Origin: an uncultured Bacteroidales bacterium
Lineage (GTDB): Bacteria > Bacteroidota > Bacteroidia > Bacteroidales > Bacteroidaceae
Direction of reading: 5' to 3'
Length of the DNA stretch: 64,000 bases
Assembly: GCA_902774275.1 (NCBI GenBank)
Contig: CACYHN010000010.1
Location: 7,074-71,073 of the forward strand
Each line of letters opens with the position of its first letter. Position 1 is the stretch's first letter. Below the pieces are notes generated by a model, which saw only the letters and a program-made list of their open reading frames with translations, was not told the origin of the DNA and searched no databases. Made by a program: the position numbers and the translations under genes. Positions 47,075-56,777 of the stretch are shown here, piece by piece.

Positions 47075-48031
47075 TCATTTGGTGTGGACGGGGCGGATGC
47101 ATTGGCCTTGGCAGTAGGCTGAACTTTCTATTATGCTTAGTTGGCCGTAAAAAATGTAGAGGCTGACTGCGCTGTCTGGAAAATTATTGCTTGTAGTAGT
47201 GGACCAGTAGAACCCATACTGACCCACAAAAAACAGATTTGACAGACTACGCAACCCGGAAGCCGGAAGGAATATGGAGCGGTCCGTATATCCGGATTTG
47301 TTACTTGTAACCAGATAGCCGTTTACGCCATTCAGAGTGTTCCACGTCCATGTGCAGTTCTGCATAAGTTCTTCAAACTCCTCTCTGGTTGGTATCCTCC
47401 AGCCTTTCCCCAACTTGATGTGAGCAACGTCATCCTCCGGGTCAAGAGAGGTTTTGTTATCAGTAAAACCTTTATCGCCATAACTGCTGTCACTGCAGTA
47501 TTTAGTCAGTTTTTTATTGGAACCGTTGCTATGGATATAATTATCCCAAGCGTAACTTCTTTTGGGTTCAATCTCTCCCCATGAATAGTAGTCACCATAT
47601 TCCTCAGGTCTCTCTGCGCCTATATTGCAGGTGGCCCAATTAACTGATAAGCCCAAATCAACATATTCAAGACTCTTCTTGCTGCTGTTGGATATTACCG
47701 GCTGTTTATTGTCCTTGTTCCAGTTTTTTGTCTTGATGTCAACAACACCGTTTATAGCATCCGGACCGTATAGGTCAATGGCAGCCTGATCCCTGACGGT
47801 AGTTATGGTCTTAATGTCAATCAGTTTGATCTTCTTGGCTGTCTCCTTATCCACTCTTACTTCATCGACATAGAAGATGAAATCAGTTTCAGCCGGATTA
47901 TTTGTGACAGCAACGTCTGTATTGACATTTCCGCCTGCTGAGATATTTTTTACAGTATCGGCTCGAGCTGCTGTTGTTCCTACAGTATTTGGAGCTGCAG
48001 CCAAAAGCACTGAAAGAAATATTGTAAGCAT
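47075..48031 (-). CDS. Secreted protein: short Plug-like motif region + DUF1566/FISUMP-like domain (paralog of 34778-35533)
   Basis: 318 aa with signal peptide MLTIFLSVLLAAAP. AAIDLYGPDAINGVVDIKTK resembles the end of TonB-receptor plug domains. The C-terminal part has VNWATCNIGA, YYSWGEIE, WRIPTREEFEELM, IFLPASG and GFYWS. Confidence 0.55.
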   Translation of the reverse strand: MLTIFLSVLLAAAPNTVGTTAARADTVKNISAGGNVNTDVAVTNNPAETDFIFYVDEVRVDKETAKKIKLIDIKTITTVRDQAAIDLYGPDAINGVVDIKTKNWNKDNKQPVISNSSKKSLEYVDLGLSVNWATCNIGAERPEEYGDYYSWGEIEPKRSYAWDNYIHSNGSNKKLTKYCSDSSYGDKGFTDNKTSLDPEDDVAHIKLGKGWRIPTREEFEELMQNCTWTWNTLNGVNGYLVTSNKSGYTDRSIFLPASGLRSLSNLFFVGQYGFYWSTTTSNNFPDSAVSLYIFYGQLSIIESSAYCQGQCIRPVHTK

Positions 48032-48043
48032 GATTCTGTGTAT

Positions 48044-48526
48044 TTAATCGTTTTGTGCAACTATCCTGGTGGAACCGTCCTTCCGGTCGCGAACCATGAT
48101 GAAGGTGCTTGAGCTTCCGTCCTTCATCTTTGCTGTCAGAATAACCTTTGTACCCTTAGGTTCTGCAACAATAGATTCAACGTTCTGGTCATCCATTTCC
48201 ATCAGTAAATTCATACTCTCAACCACCTCCATTGGCGTAAATTCACCTTCTGTACGTGGCATAAAGAACATAACCATCAAGGCTATGCTGGCGGCTATCG
48301 TTGTGATAGCCAGGCTTATCTGACGTATGTCTCTTTTACGTTCGGGGTCCGATAAAATTTCAGCCTTGGGATAATCCAGTAGGATAAGGCGGGCTATGTC
48401 TGCCTCATCGGCCTCAGCTTTATGCGTCCGGTAGTATTCAGCCAGCATAATCTCTTCCTGGACGGTGGTATCGGCCTCCAGGTATCTGGCTATGAGTTTC
48501 TGTCTCTGTTTCCTGTCCTTTATCAT
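48044..48526 (-). CDS. Single-pass membrane protein, candidate anti-sigma factor
   Basis: 160 aa with TM ISLAITTIAASIALMVMFFM. Its ATG overlaps the ECF sigma stop (ATGA). No FecR or zinc-finger anti-sigma motif was recognised; the assignment rests on position only. Confidence 0.4.
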   Translation of the reverse strand: MIKDRKQRQKLIARYLEADTTVQEEIMLAEYYRTHKAEADEADIARLILLDYPKAEILSDPERKRDIRQISLAITTIAASIALMVMFFMPRTEGEFTPMEVVESMNLLMEMDDQNVESIVAEPKGTKVILTAKMKDGSSSTFIMVRDRKDGSTRIVAQND

Positions 48527-49023
48527 ATGGTTTTCTTTATTTGCTCCAGTAATTGCTTTCTGGCATTGGAGATGGTTGTTTTAATACTTGTTTTGGGCTT
48601 CCCGGTCATCTTGGCTATGTCATCAAGTGAGAGGCCCAGTTCATTTCTCAGTTCCAGGTAATGAACCTGGGTAGGGGTTAGTGAGTTGTAGAGATCCTGG
48701 CGGATTGTCTGGCAATCCTGCTCATCTATAAGCTCTGTCGCCGATGCGCCGCCTTCAATGTCAATTTCCATAACTGATATTGTATCAGTCTTCTGGCGGC
48801 GTATATTTGCAGCAGCAAGGTTCTTGGCTATTTTGACGGCAATAGCCTCCGGATCTCTTACGGGATAACCTTCAGAGATAAGGCGCCACAGTGTAAGGAA
48901 GGTCTCCTGGACAATGTCCTCAGGCTCATCATCCATGCCGCCGCTGGCCTTATAACGCCATGCCAGCGCCAGGAGTTTGTTCCTGACCCTTACCGTGAAT
49001 GTGTCAAATTCTTGCCTTGTCAT
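48523..49023 (-). CDS. RNA polymerase ECF-type sigma-70 family factor
   Basis: I prefer the ATG at 49023 (MTRQEFDTF...). Region 2 reads EDIVQETFLTLWR. The region 4 HTH reads LGLSLDDIAKMTGKPKTSIKTTISNARKQL. Confidence 0.85.
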   Translation of the reverse strand: MTRQEFDTFTVRVRNKLLALAWRYKASGGMDDEPEDIVQETFLTLWRLISEGYPVRDPEAIAVKIAKNLAAANIRRQKTDTISVMEIDIEGGASATELIDEQDCQTIRQDLYNSLTPTQVHYLELRNELGLSLDDIAKMTGKPKTSIKTTISNARKQLLEQIKKTI

Positions 49024-49032
49024 TCTTAACCT

Positions 49033-49086
49033 TCTATATATAGGCTGCAAAAACTCTCCAAAAGTAAATCTAAAAATTCAAAAAAA
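49033..49086 (-). promoter_or_regulatory. 54-nt conserved intergenic module, copy A (upstream of the ECF sigma gene)
   Basis: It aligns without gaps to 55759-55812 and 60703-60756 and is about 83% identical to copy C. On the minus strand it reads TTTTTTT-g.attt...GATTTACTTTtGG......TGCAgCCTATATATAGA and contains TACTTTTG (49059-49066), which matches TAnnTTTG. Confidence 0.6.
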
Positions 49087-49098
49087 TGTCACAAAGTG

Positions 49099-49119
49099 CC
49101 CAAAAGGGACTCTTTTGGG
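49099..49119 (-). terminator. Hairpin abutting the stop codon of giant paralog 1 (CCCAAAAG...CTTTTGGG family)
   Basis: 8-bp stem cccaaaag / cttttggg with a 5-nt loop. The T-run follows after a 12-nt spacer on the minus strand. Confidence 0.5.
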
Positions 49120-51807
49120 TCACCAGTTTTGGTTGAGGACGTAGGGGATACCTGAGGCGGTGATGCCGGCTCCGCTTATGTTGAATTTGGTGCTGTAGCT
49201 GTTGTTGTAGAACTCCACCTGGGCAGTACCGGTTGAGTCAGTCACCACATTGGGATTCCAGTAGAGGGTGCGACGGTAATCCACATCACCCGGGATAGGA
49301 CCATTGGGATACTCCGGTGAGTAGAACGCATATGGACGGGAGTAACCGTCAACGGTGGTTAAACGCTTGTTTATGTTGAAAATCTCTTTTCTGGTACTGA
49401 GCTCGTAAGGTTCCTTTATCTGAATATCAACCAGAATCTTGCGCTCAAGCATAGCCTCAGTGACAGCCGATCCCCCGCCAGACTCTAATAGACCCTCTAT
49501 AAAATCCTGATATTTGGGGCTATCCATAAACAGCGGACATTGCAAAAGTATATCCATCACATACATGGGACGGTCATATATCAGGATACTCTTTATGTCC
49601 TTTGAGTCTATTGCGAGTCTTGCAAGAGGATCGTCTTCAAACACGCCAGAGTACTTGTACCTATTGGCATCATGGACATAGAAGAAAGGCCAAAATCCGT
49701 TTATTAATAATTCTACGAGCAGTTCCCCTCCTTCTGATGGTTTGGTTTCCACAAAAACATTATACCCCTTGTCCATAAGATAGCCATAAAGGTCAGTGGA
49801 GTAGTCCCCCTTATCCAGTTCTATCTCAACATCCTTTACCACGTCATAGGCTGTGAACGTGAAGTAATCTATGTACATGCGCTCCTCATCAATCTCAACC
49901 TCCGGCAGCACTATACCCTTGTCCTTGCTTATCAGTGTCTCCAAGTCATCCTCAGGAGCGGCGTCGTCTTTCTTCCTGTTCTTTTTCCCCGGAGCCGATA
50001 TCAGCCCCGTGAACACCAGCTCCTGCGGTTGGAATGCACGTATGGCGGGCGACATGGAACGGTCAAACACTATGCGTGCATCAGGTCCAATCAGCCGTTT
50101 CCTCTTGGGCTGTGCGCTGATGGAGAAGCGTGCCTTGTCATAGAAGTCAGCTCCTATGTCAAACCCGAAGTAACCCGATGAGTCAGTCTTATATGAGTAA
50201 GTCTCAGACAGCGTCTTGTCAGTAGGCATGAGCGCCGCCACCACCTCTATGCTGTCCATGGGCTTCTTACCCGATGAGTTCATCACCCATCCGTTCAGAG
50301 TCAGGTTCTCTTCAATCCTGTGCCTCTCTCGGAACTCCTTCTGCCCGGTCATGGTCTGCCAGTCATAGCGCTCCCATCCCTGTACCAGCATCAGCAGGTC
50401 AAGTGCCTCATCACGTTCCGGACCGTCCGTATCAAAATACCATGACGGATCTTCAATGAAACCCTTCAGGTCAGATGAGAGCAGCAGTGACGTACGCAGG
50501 TCATCAGCCAGAATGTTACCCTGACTGCGCGTGTCACGTACCGACAGACAGAAACGGTCACGGAAAGGATACCCCTGACCATCCTTAAGGTTCAATGTAA
50601 GCGCCACCTTCTCAAAAGGCTCGTATTTGTCCTTATCAGCATAAACCTCTATAGATGGTGAAAGCTTACTGCTGTGATGATAGACAGAGCGGCTGGCATA
50701 AATGCTGCCGTCACGTCCAAACAGATAGACCCTGCATACACCTTCAGGAACACCTTCCATAGACAGAGTCTTATCCACCGGTTGCGTGCCAGTCTCTATG
50801 GTACAAAAATCAGCCAGTTCACCGCGGCAGGTAATAGCCACACCCAGTGTCTCTCCCGCCAGCTCCGGCGTACAGTCCATACGCATCAGCATCTCATCCG
50901 TATCAGATACATCCACCTGCAGAGTCACGCCGCTCTGCTCAGCAACAGGCAGAGAGAAAGACTTAGACTTGCCGTCAACATTTAAAGTCACACTGCTACT
51001 GCGTTCAGTAGGGGTGAAGGTAAACCATCCCATGCCATCATGAACAGTACTGAAGCTGATATCCGTATCATCGAGGATACCGTCAGCATCTATCCCGAAT
51101 CCGGTGTCATTAGTAACTTTGAAAGCCACGCGACAGGGCTTGCCCATCACTATATGTCCTCCTTCAGGGTAGAACTCACAGTTTATCTTTCGCAGTTTCT
51201 CCGTCTCGGGACGAATCTCCTCCTGCGTCTTCTCCCAACGGTATCTTATGGTAGGAGTTTCCACATAATAGTTACCCTCCTTCTTAGGCTTCTCATATAC
51301 GGCAAACACACGAGAAAAGACCGTCTCCTCATTGAAGTTGAGCATATAGTTGGTATATGCCCTTATCTCATAGAATCCGCTGGGATACTCAATCACTCCC
51401 ATCTTCTCACGTGACTGCTCGGTAGCTCCGTCCATCAGCGGGAAAGAGCCGTCAGCCTGCCCGGCCACCACCTTGAGCTTCTGCTGCTTGAGCAGAACGC
51501 CCGTGGGTGAGATAAGATCCACGTACAGCACCTTGCTCTGCGCCCTCCTAAGTGTTGATGCATTGACTACGAACGCCTTGAACCATATGGTTTCACCTGC
51601 GTAGTATGATGTGTTGTCAAACTGCAGATAGACCTTCTCCTGCGGGAAGATGCTGTTGAATTGGTGTATGTTACCCGCAAAACGCATCAAGTCATTTGTG
51701 ATACTGGCAGATTCATTGGAATCCTGCATGTCTGTATTCTCTGCACTTACACGGACAGTAGGAAAGCACAGGGCTAATGTTAGGGTTAAAGTAATAAGGC
51801 GTTTCAT
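49120..51807 (-). CDS. Giant secreted paralog 1 (short form, 895 aa): MG2/alpha-2-macroglobulin-like beta-sandwich region, no CarboxypepD_reg head
   Basis: I prefer the ATG at 51807 (MKRLITLTLTLALCFPTVRVSAE). It shares with paralogs 2 and 3 the strings FPQEKVYLQFDNTSYYAGETIWFKAFV, LMLVQGWERYDWQTMTGQKEF and the C-terminus RRTLYWNPNVVTD...GITASGIPYVLNQNW. Confidence 0.6.
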   Translation of the reverse strand: MKRLITLTLTLALCFPTVRVSAENTDMQDSNESASITNDLMRFAGNIHQFNSIFPQEKVYLQFDNTSYYAGETIWFKAFVVNASTLRRAQSKVLYVDLISPTGVLLKQQKLKVVAGQADGSFPLMDGATEQSREKMGVIEYPSGFYEIRAYTNYMLNFNEETVFSRVFAVYEKPKKEGNYYVETPTIRYRWEKTQEEIRPETEKLRKINCEFYPEGGHIVMGKPCRVAFKVTNDTGFGIDADGILDDTDISFSTVHDGMGWFTFTPTERSSSVTLNVDGKSKSFSLPVAEQSGVTLQVDVSDTDEMLMRMDCTPELAGETLGVAITCRGELADFCTIETGTQPVDKTLSMEGVPEGVCRVYLFGRDGSIYASRSVYHHSSKLSPSIEVYADKDKYEPFEKVALTLNLKDGQGYPFRDRFCLSVRDTRSQGNILADDLRTSLLLSSDLKGFIEDPSWYFDTDGPERDEALDLLMLVQGWERYDWQTMTGQKEFRERHRIEENLTLNGWVMNSSGKKPMDSIEVVAALMPTDKTLSETYSYKTDSSGYFGFDIGADFYDKARFSISAQPKRKRLIGPDARIVFDRSMSPAIRAFQPQELVFTGLISAPGKKNRKKDDAAPEDDLETLISKDKGIVLPEVEIDEERMYIDYFTFTAYDVVKDVEIELDKGDYSTDLYGYLMDKGYNVFVETKPSEGGELLVELLINGFWPFFYVHDANRYKYSGVFEDDPLARLAIDSKDIKSILIYDRPMYVMDILLQCPLFMDSPKYQDFIEGLLESGGGSAVTEAMLERKILVDIQIKEPYELSTRKEIFNINKRLTTVDGYSRPYAFYSPEYPNGPIPGDVDYRRTLYWNPNVVTDSTGTAQVEFYNNSYSTKFNISGAGITASGIPYVLNQNW

Positions 51808-51826
51808 AATTGCAAAAAGGATTAAG

Positions 51827-54800
51827 TTACCAATTTTGGTTAAGGATATAGGGTACACCGGAAGCGGTTATGCCTGCGGCGCGTATTGTGAAGCGGCGGG
51901 TAAAGCTGTTGTTGTAGAACTCCACGCGGGCGCGGCCTTCATTATCGGTTATCACGTTTGGATTCCAGTAGAGCGTTCGGCGAGCATCAACATTGCCTTC
52001 TATGGGTCCATCAGGGTACTCGGGTGCATAGAAATCTATGGTTTTGGTGAAACCTTTGACGGTGGTGCTCCTGCGCCCCAGATTGTATATCTCATGGTAA
52101 AAGAGCAGTTCCCTGTCTTCTTTAATCTGTATATCTATCAGACGTTGTCTGCCCAAATATTCAGTTGATTTTCCATTTTGCAAAACAGCTGCATCCATAT
52201 CTTCAGTCGTAGGTTCTCCAAGATTCTCTGATGAGTAGGACTGCATAGGTATGTTGAAATCTTCATCAGCAGTGCCATTAATGTCCGAGTTTGTATTCCA
52301 ACTACTACTCCAGTTGCCAGCCGCTGTTTTATAATTCAAAGGAGTCAATTCCCGCATCTCACTTTCGGTCATAGGCCTATCATAAATAATTATGCTCTTC
52401 ACATCAATCATATCGATCTGCAAGGGTATATCAAATGGTTTATGTCTAAGCACTTTCTCATTGTTATGAATATACCAGTATGGAGTGATCCATTTTATTA
52501 TAAGATCTCCGAATATAGGCTCATCCGGCATTATTTCATCACCGAATTGAATACCCTGCTCCCTAAAGTATTCTCCTACAGTGGTGGTATATTCCCCCTG
52601 ATCCAGTTCAAACTCGGCTTCCTCCTCAGCTTCAAAAGACGCGAAGGTGTCATAATCAACAAAGCGTATCTTTCCGGACTCCTCTTCTATATCAACATCA
52701 GTAATCATCTTTCCCAATTTGCGGCGTTGAGCGGGGGTAAGGTCATAATCAGTATAATCAACCTTATAGTCTTCTACCCGGTTAGTGTTATGTTTCAGGT
52801 CTGTCTCCTGCTTAAAGAACGGTCTGGGGTCAGGCCTGTCAGCGCGTTCAAAACGGATGCGCTTACCAGTCTTATACTTGGATTCACCGTTCTTCTTTGT
52901 TGCCATCACATGGATGGTAAAATCACCTCTTCCATAAAAATCGTTCAAGTCAAAACCGAAATAGCCGGTAGAATCAGTCTGGTAATCATAGGATTCAAAG
53001 AGAGTCTTGTCATCATCAGGTATCAATGCCGCATATATGCTTATGTCTGATACAGGCTGGCGTCTTCCGTATGACAGTATCCAGCCGTTCATGGTGAGAC
53101 CTTCCTCAATGCGGTGCTTCTCCTTAAACTCCTTCTGTCCTGTCATAGTCTGCCATTCATAGCGCTCCCAACCCTGCACAAGGGTCAGAAGGTTGAGTGC
53201 CTCACGATGAATGGAGTCATTACTCTCCAGATACCATGCAGGATCATGAATATAACCCCTCAGGTCAGATGAGAGCAGCAGGTTAGTCTGCAGGTTATCT
53301 GTCTGTCCGCCACCATAATCCGCAGCATCATGTACCGACAGGCAGAATCGGTCACGCAGCGGATTGCCGGACTCATCCGTAAGTTTGAACTCTAACACTT
53401 CCTTGTCACAAGATTGGTGTGACAAGCTATCTGTATTGACCACTATCGTGGGACTGTTCAAATTCCCGCTACCATGGAATATACTGCGTGATGAAAACAC
53501 CCGGCCTTCCTTATTGAAAAGGGTTAATCGGCATATGCCTACCGGCCAGTCTGTGCAGTCAATATTCAACTGACAGTTCTCAATATCATTTATCTCTACA
53601 AAATGAATGACTTCACCACGACAGGTTACGGCAAGTGCAACCTTTTCACCTATACGGTCCTGGGTGCGCCAGATATTCACTTGCAAAAGTGAGTCAGATA
53701 GCATATCGGATATCATGGAGTATCCGCTTTTTTCTGCATATCGAAAGTCAAACCAGTATCCCTTGTCACTTCCTGACGGGAAGAAATATGCATCTATGAA
53801 GCCCCTAGGAGTGATTATGAATGATCCCATACCGTCATGAACAGTACGCACAGAATCCCATATATCCGGAACAACTAGAGCTCCGTCTATGCCGAATGCG
53901 TCACTGCCTGTGGCCTTGAACGCCACTCTGCAGGGCAGGCCACTGACAAGGCTGCCTCCTTCAGGGTAGATTGTCAAATTGACGTTTGTGTCTTGCCATT
54001 TTTGTACCTTTTGTTCTTTCTGCTCACCACGTATCTTTTTTACAAGCGGATTATCCTGATTGCTTACCACATGTGAGCGGTCATACTCTCCCACATACTT
54101 GGGTTGGGTATAGACGGGTATCACTCGTGAGAAGATGGCCTCAGGACTGAAGTCCAGCATATTCTGTGTGTAGGCCCTTATCTCATAGAATCCACTGGGA
54201 TAGGCCACGATGCCTTTTTTCTCACGTGTCTGCTGCGTGCCGGCATCAAGAAGAGGAATGATACCATCAGCCTGACCGTTCTCAATCTTGAGTTTCTGCT
54301 GCAGGATAAGCTGGCCGGTGGGTGCCAGGAAATCCACATAGAGCACTCCGCTGGGTGCCTGCTCCAATGTGGTGGCATTTGTAACAAAGGCTTTATACCA
54401 GATGTTCTCTCCCTGGAAATAGGCCGTATTGTCAAACTCCAGATATACCTTTTCCTGCGGGAATAAAGTGTTGAATTCCTGGATGTTATCTATAAATTTA
54501 ATCAGTTCTTTGGTGTAATCTGTAGATTCCATGGTATAAGTCCTGCTTGAATCTTTAGGAGGACAGTAATCACCCGGCAGGCTGGCTCCAATTCTTCTTT
54601 TTGACAGTTCACCTGTAAAACGTATATTGTTGTCTATAGCAACTCCTTCCTTAAGAAATATGCAATCATCTTCCAATATAGATATCCAGGATTCTGAGTA
54701 ACGGTGAATGCCATTTCTTTTTTCCTTAAAGTTCATGGGAGAACCGTCGCTACGATGATAGTACCTTATCCTTAGATTCTTGTCCTTCAATCCCTGAATC

Positions 54801-55741
54801 CGGATAAAGTTTTTTCCTATGCTGGCGGTGTATTTCCGGATATCAACAGGCATACATGTCGATATGGATTTTTTACCTTTCACCACATGTTCCTGTAGGG
54901 AAAGTATATATCCGTTCTCACTCAGACTGTCTTGGGCAAAAGACCTTAAGAAATGTTGGCTTGAACCCCAATATGCCCGTTTTCGGTTATCTTCAATGCT
55001 CTTAGCCTGGCGTTTTTTGAGTTTCTCATAAGGCTTATAGTAAAAATAACCCAACATATTGCATGAAGTGACATTGTTTACCTGTTCAACAGTGAATCTT
55101 ACCAGATCCACATAGAGTTCATATCCCAATAGCGGCAAGTCAATTATCAGTGGTTCATAGGCCCATGCAGTGAATACGCTCGTAACCACTTTTACCGTAT
55201 CCAGATATGATTCATGTTTTTCAAACACATCATTGGTGATGTATGTTTTTGCAAATTTTGCCTTGCCTATCTGTCTGGTATTATATGATGTTTGATATGA
55301 TCTGTCAAACATCAGGACATTCTCATTCTTTATGGTGGCACGCTTGCCCCATTTGTCATCACCCAGGAACATGGTCTTGAAATAGTCCAGATTAACCTTA
55401 TCAATCCTGTTTTTCTTACCTGACACCACAATCTCGGGTAGTTCGATGTTTGGCGTAAGGCCTATTGTCAGCCTGCCCGGATTACGGTCCAGCTCCAATG
55501 CCTTGGGCTGATAACCCACAAAGCTGAACACAATCGTAGCAGGGAATGATACCTCTTTCAATTCAAAACGGCCATTGGAATCTGTAGTGGTCCCTAGGGT
55601 GGTTCCGTTAACATAGACTGTAGCAGATGGCAACGGCTCCTGCGTCAGGCTGTCAAGAACGATACCGGTAATGGTTTTCTGCCCCAACAGAAAAGCCGGG
55701 ATAAGAGTTAAGAAGGCAAACAAAAGGACTCTTCTCATCAT
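51827..55741 (-). CDS. Giant secreted paralog 2 (1304 aa): CarboxypepD_reg domain + ~350-aa region of unknown function + MG2-like region
   Basis: The signal peptide is MMRRVLLFAFLTLIPAFLLGQ. The CarboxypepD_reg region is ITGIVLDSLTQEPLPSATVYVNGTTLGTTTDSNGRFEL. The MG2-like motif is VYLEFDNTAYFQGENIWYKAFV. The stop lies 19 nt before the paralog 1 start. Confidence 0.6.
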   Translation of the reverse strand: MMRRVLLFAFLTLIPAFLLGQKTITGIVLDSLTQEPLPSATVYVNGTTLGTTTDSNGRFELKEVSFPATIVFSFVGYQPKALELDRNPGRLTIGLTPNIELPEIVVSGKKNRIDKVNLDYFKTMFLGDDKWGKRATIKNENVLMFDRSYQTSYNTRQIGKAKFAKTYITNDVFEKHESYLDTVKVVTSVFTAWAYEPLIIDLPLLGYELYVDLVRFTVEQVNNVTSCNMLGYFYYKPYEKLKKRQAKSIEDNRKRAYWGSSQHFLRSFAQDSLSENGYILSLQEHVVKGKKSISTCMPVDIRKYTASIGKNFIRIQGLKDKNLRIRYYHRSDGSPMNFKEKRNGIHRYSESWISILEDDCIFLKEGVAIDNNIRFTGELSKRRIGASLPGDYCPPKDSSRTYTMESTDYTKELIKFIDNIQEFNTLFPQEKVYLEFDNTAYFQGENIWYKAFVTNATTLEQAPSGVLYVDFLAPTGQLILQQKLKIENGQADGIIPLLDAGTQQTREKKGIVAYPSGFYEIRAYTQNMLDFSPEAIFSRVIPVYTQPKYVGEYDRSHVVSNQDNPLVKKIRGEQKEQKVQKWQDTNVNLTIYPEGGSLVSGLPCRVAFKATGSDAFGIDGALVVPDIWDSVRTVHDGMGSFIITPRGFIDAYFFPSGSDKGYWFDFRYAEKSGYSMISDMLSDSLLQVNIWRTQDRIGEKVALAVTCRGEVIHFVEINDIENCQLNIDCTDWPVGICRLTLFNKEGRVFSSRSIFHGSGNLNSPTIVVNTDSLSHQSCDKEVLEFKLTDESGNPLRDRFCLSVHDAADYGGGQTDNLQTNLLLSSDLRGYIHDPAWYLESNDSIHREALNLLTLVQGWERYEWQTMTGQKEFKEKHRIEEGLTMNGWILSYGRRQPVSDISIYAALIPDDDKTLFESYDYQTDSTGYFGFDLNDFYGRGDFTIHVMATKKNGESKYKTGKRIRFERADRPDPRPFFKQETDLKHNTNRVEDYKVDYTDYDLTPAQRRKLGKMITDVDIEEESGKIRFVDYDTFASFEAEEEAEFELDQGEYTTTVGEYFREQGIQFGDEIMPDEPIFGDLIIKWITPYWYIHNNEKVLRHKPFDIPLQIDMIDVKSIIIYDRPMTESEMRELTPLNYKTAAGNWSSSWNTNSDINGTADEDFNIPMQSYSSENLGEPTTEDMDAAVLQNGKSTEYLGRQRLIDIQIKEDRELLFYHEIYNLGRRSTTVKGFTKTIDFYAPEYPDGPIEGNVDARRTLYWNPNVITDNEGRARVEFYNNSFTRRFTIRAAGITASGVPYILNQNW

Positions 55742-55758
55742 AAGCAGGGTTATAGGTT

Positions 55759-55812
55759 TCTATATATAGGTTGCAGAAACCTGCCGAAAGTAAATCCGGA
55801 AATGCAAAAAAA
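55759..55812 (-). promoter_or_regulatory. 54-nt conserved intergenic module, copy B (upstream of giant paralog 2)
   Basis: 50/54 identical to copy C. It contains TACTTTCG (one mismatch to TAnnTTTG) and ends 17 nt before the ATG. Confidence 0.6.
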
Positions 55813-55836
55813 GACGCAAAGTGGTCACTTTGTGTC
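55813..55836 (-). terminator. Intrinsic terminator of the 55835-56695 gene; the stem overlaps its stop codon
   Basis: 10-bp stem (one G.U) gacgcaaagt / actttgtgtc with loop ggtc, followed directly on the minus strand by TTTTTTT (the first 7 nt of module B). Confidence 0.75.
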
Positions 55837-56695
55837 ATTTGTTCCTTTTTTCCATGCGGATTCCCTTACGGGTACGTAGTTCTATGACGCCTTTTCTACC
55901 TCTGTTTCCCCATATTTTTACGGCGGCTTCATCTTTCAGTATGTTCACTGTCTTTATCTTTCTGGCTTTAACTCCAAATATCTGTGCCAGCTCATCTTTT
56001 GAATAGGTGTCTTTCGTAAGGTCGATGCCCTCCCAAGCTGTAGCATCACGGGTTATGACATGGCCGTCCATGACCAGCAACGGCCTGGAACGGCCAAGAT
56101 CACTTGCTTCAAAGACCAGATCGAGCCCTGGCCTGGGAGTACCGTATGCCTGCAGATTATCATCAACCGTTGTAATGGCCAAACCCTCAAACTCATCCAT
56201 GCTTATGGCCTGTTTTACCATAGTCTGGGGTTTGTTTATGGGAGGGGGTAGTGGTCCGTACATTGTTTCCTGCCTGCGGTTAGCTGTGATATCCACTTTT
56301 GACAAAAACTCATTCTCTTTCATCCTGATTTCATAGTAGGTACTGTTTATCAAGGTATCAACAGTCTTATACCCCACATACGTTATCTTTAATCTGTTTG
56401 CGGGATTAACCAGACGAAAAGAAAATGCACCTTCCATATCAGTTACGCAATGTGCAACTATACGGTCAGCTGAATCCCGCTCCGTGATATTGACCATCAT
56501 CATAGGGCCTTCATTATCTGTAACTTTGCCCGATATGATATCACCGGCCTTGATATCCTTAGCTACCACAGCCTTATCAACCGGTTTCTGGGCCGATGCA
56601 AAACTGCAAATCAAGGAAAACAATGAATATGATACGCACCATACGGCAACGTACCACCCCTTGGCAATGAGAATTCTAATTCTACGTATTTTCAT
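55835..56695 (-). CDS. Stand-alone CarboxypepD_reg + TonB-receptor Plug-like protein with no beta-barrel
   Basis: 286 aa with a signal/anchor. The CarboxypepD_reg-like region is ISGKVTDNEGPMMMVNITERD...ITYVGYK. The plug-like region is RPLLVMDGHVI ... IKTVNILKDEAAVKIWGNRGRKGVIELRTRKG. The ORF stops there. Confidence 0.6.
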   Translation of the reverse strand: MKIRRIRILIAKGWYVAVWCVSYSLFSLICSFASAQKPVDKAVVAKDIKAGDIISGKVTDNEGPMMMVNITERDSADRIVAHCVTDMEGAFSFRLVNPANRLKITYVGYKTVDTLINSTYYEIRMKENEFLSKVDITANRRQETMYGPLPPPINKPQTMVKQAISMDEFEGLAITTVDDNLQAYGTPRPGLDLVFEASDLGRSRPLLVMDGHVITRDATAWEGIDLTKDTYSKDELAQIFGVKARKIKTVNILKDEAAVKIWGNRGRKGVIELRTRKGIRMEKRNK

Positions 56696-56718
56696 AACAG
56701 TGTATGTTTATTTACTGA

Positions 56719-56726
56719 CAAAAGTA
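56719..56726 (-). promoter_or_regulatory. Candidate -7 promoter box (TACTTTTG) for the 55835-56695 gene
   Basis: The minus-strand sequence tacttttg matches TAnnTTTG, 23 nt upstream of the ATG at 56695. Confidence 0.45.
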
Positions 56727-56777
56727 ATTGCCAAATCAACAAATGTCAAGGATTAGGCGCTGCAAAACTGTTGCAAA

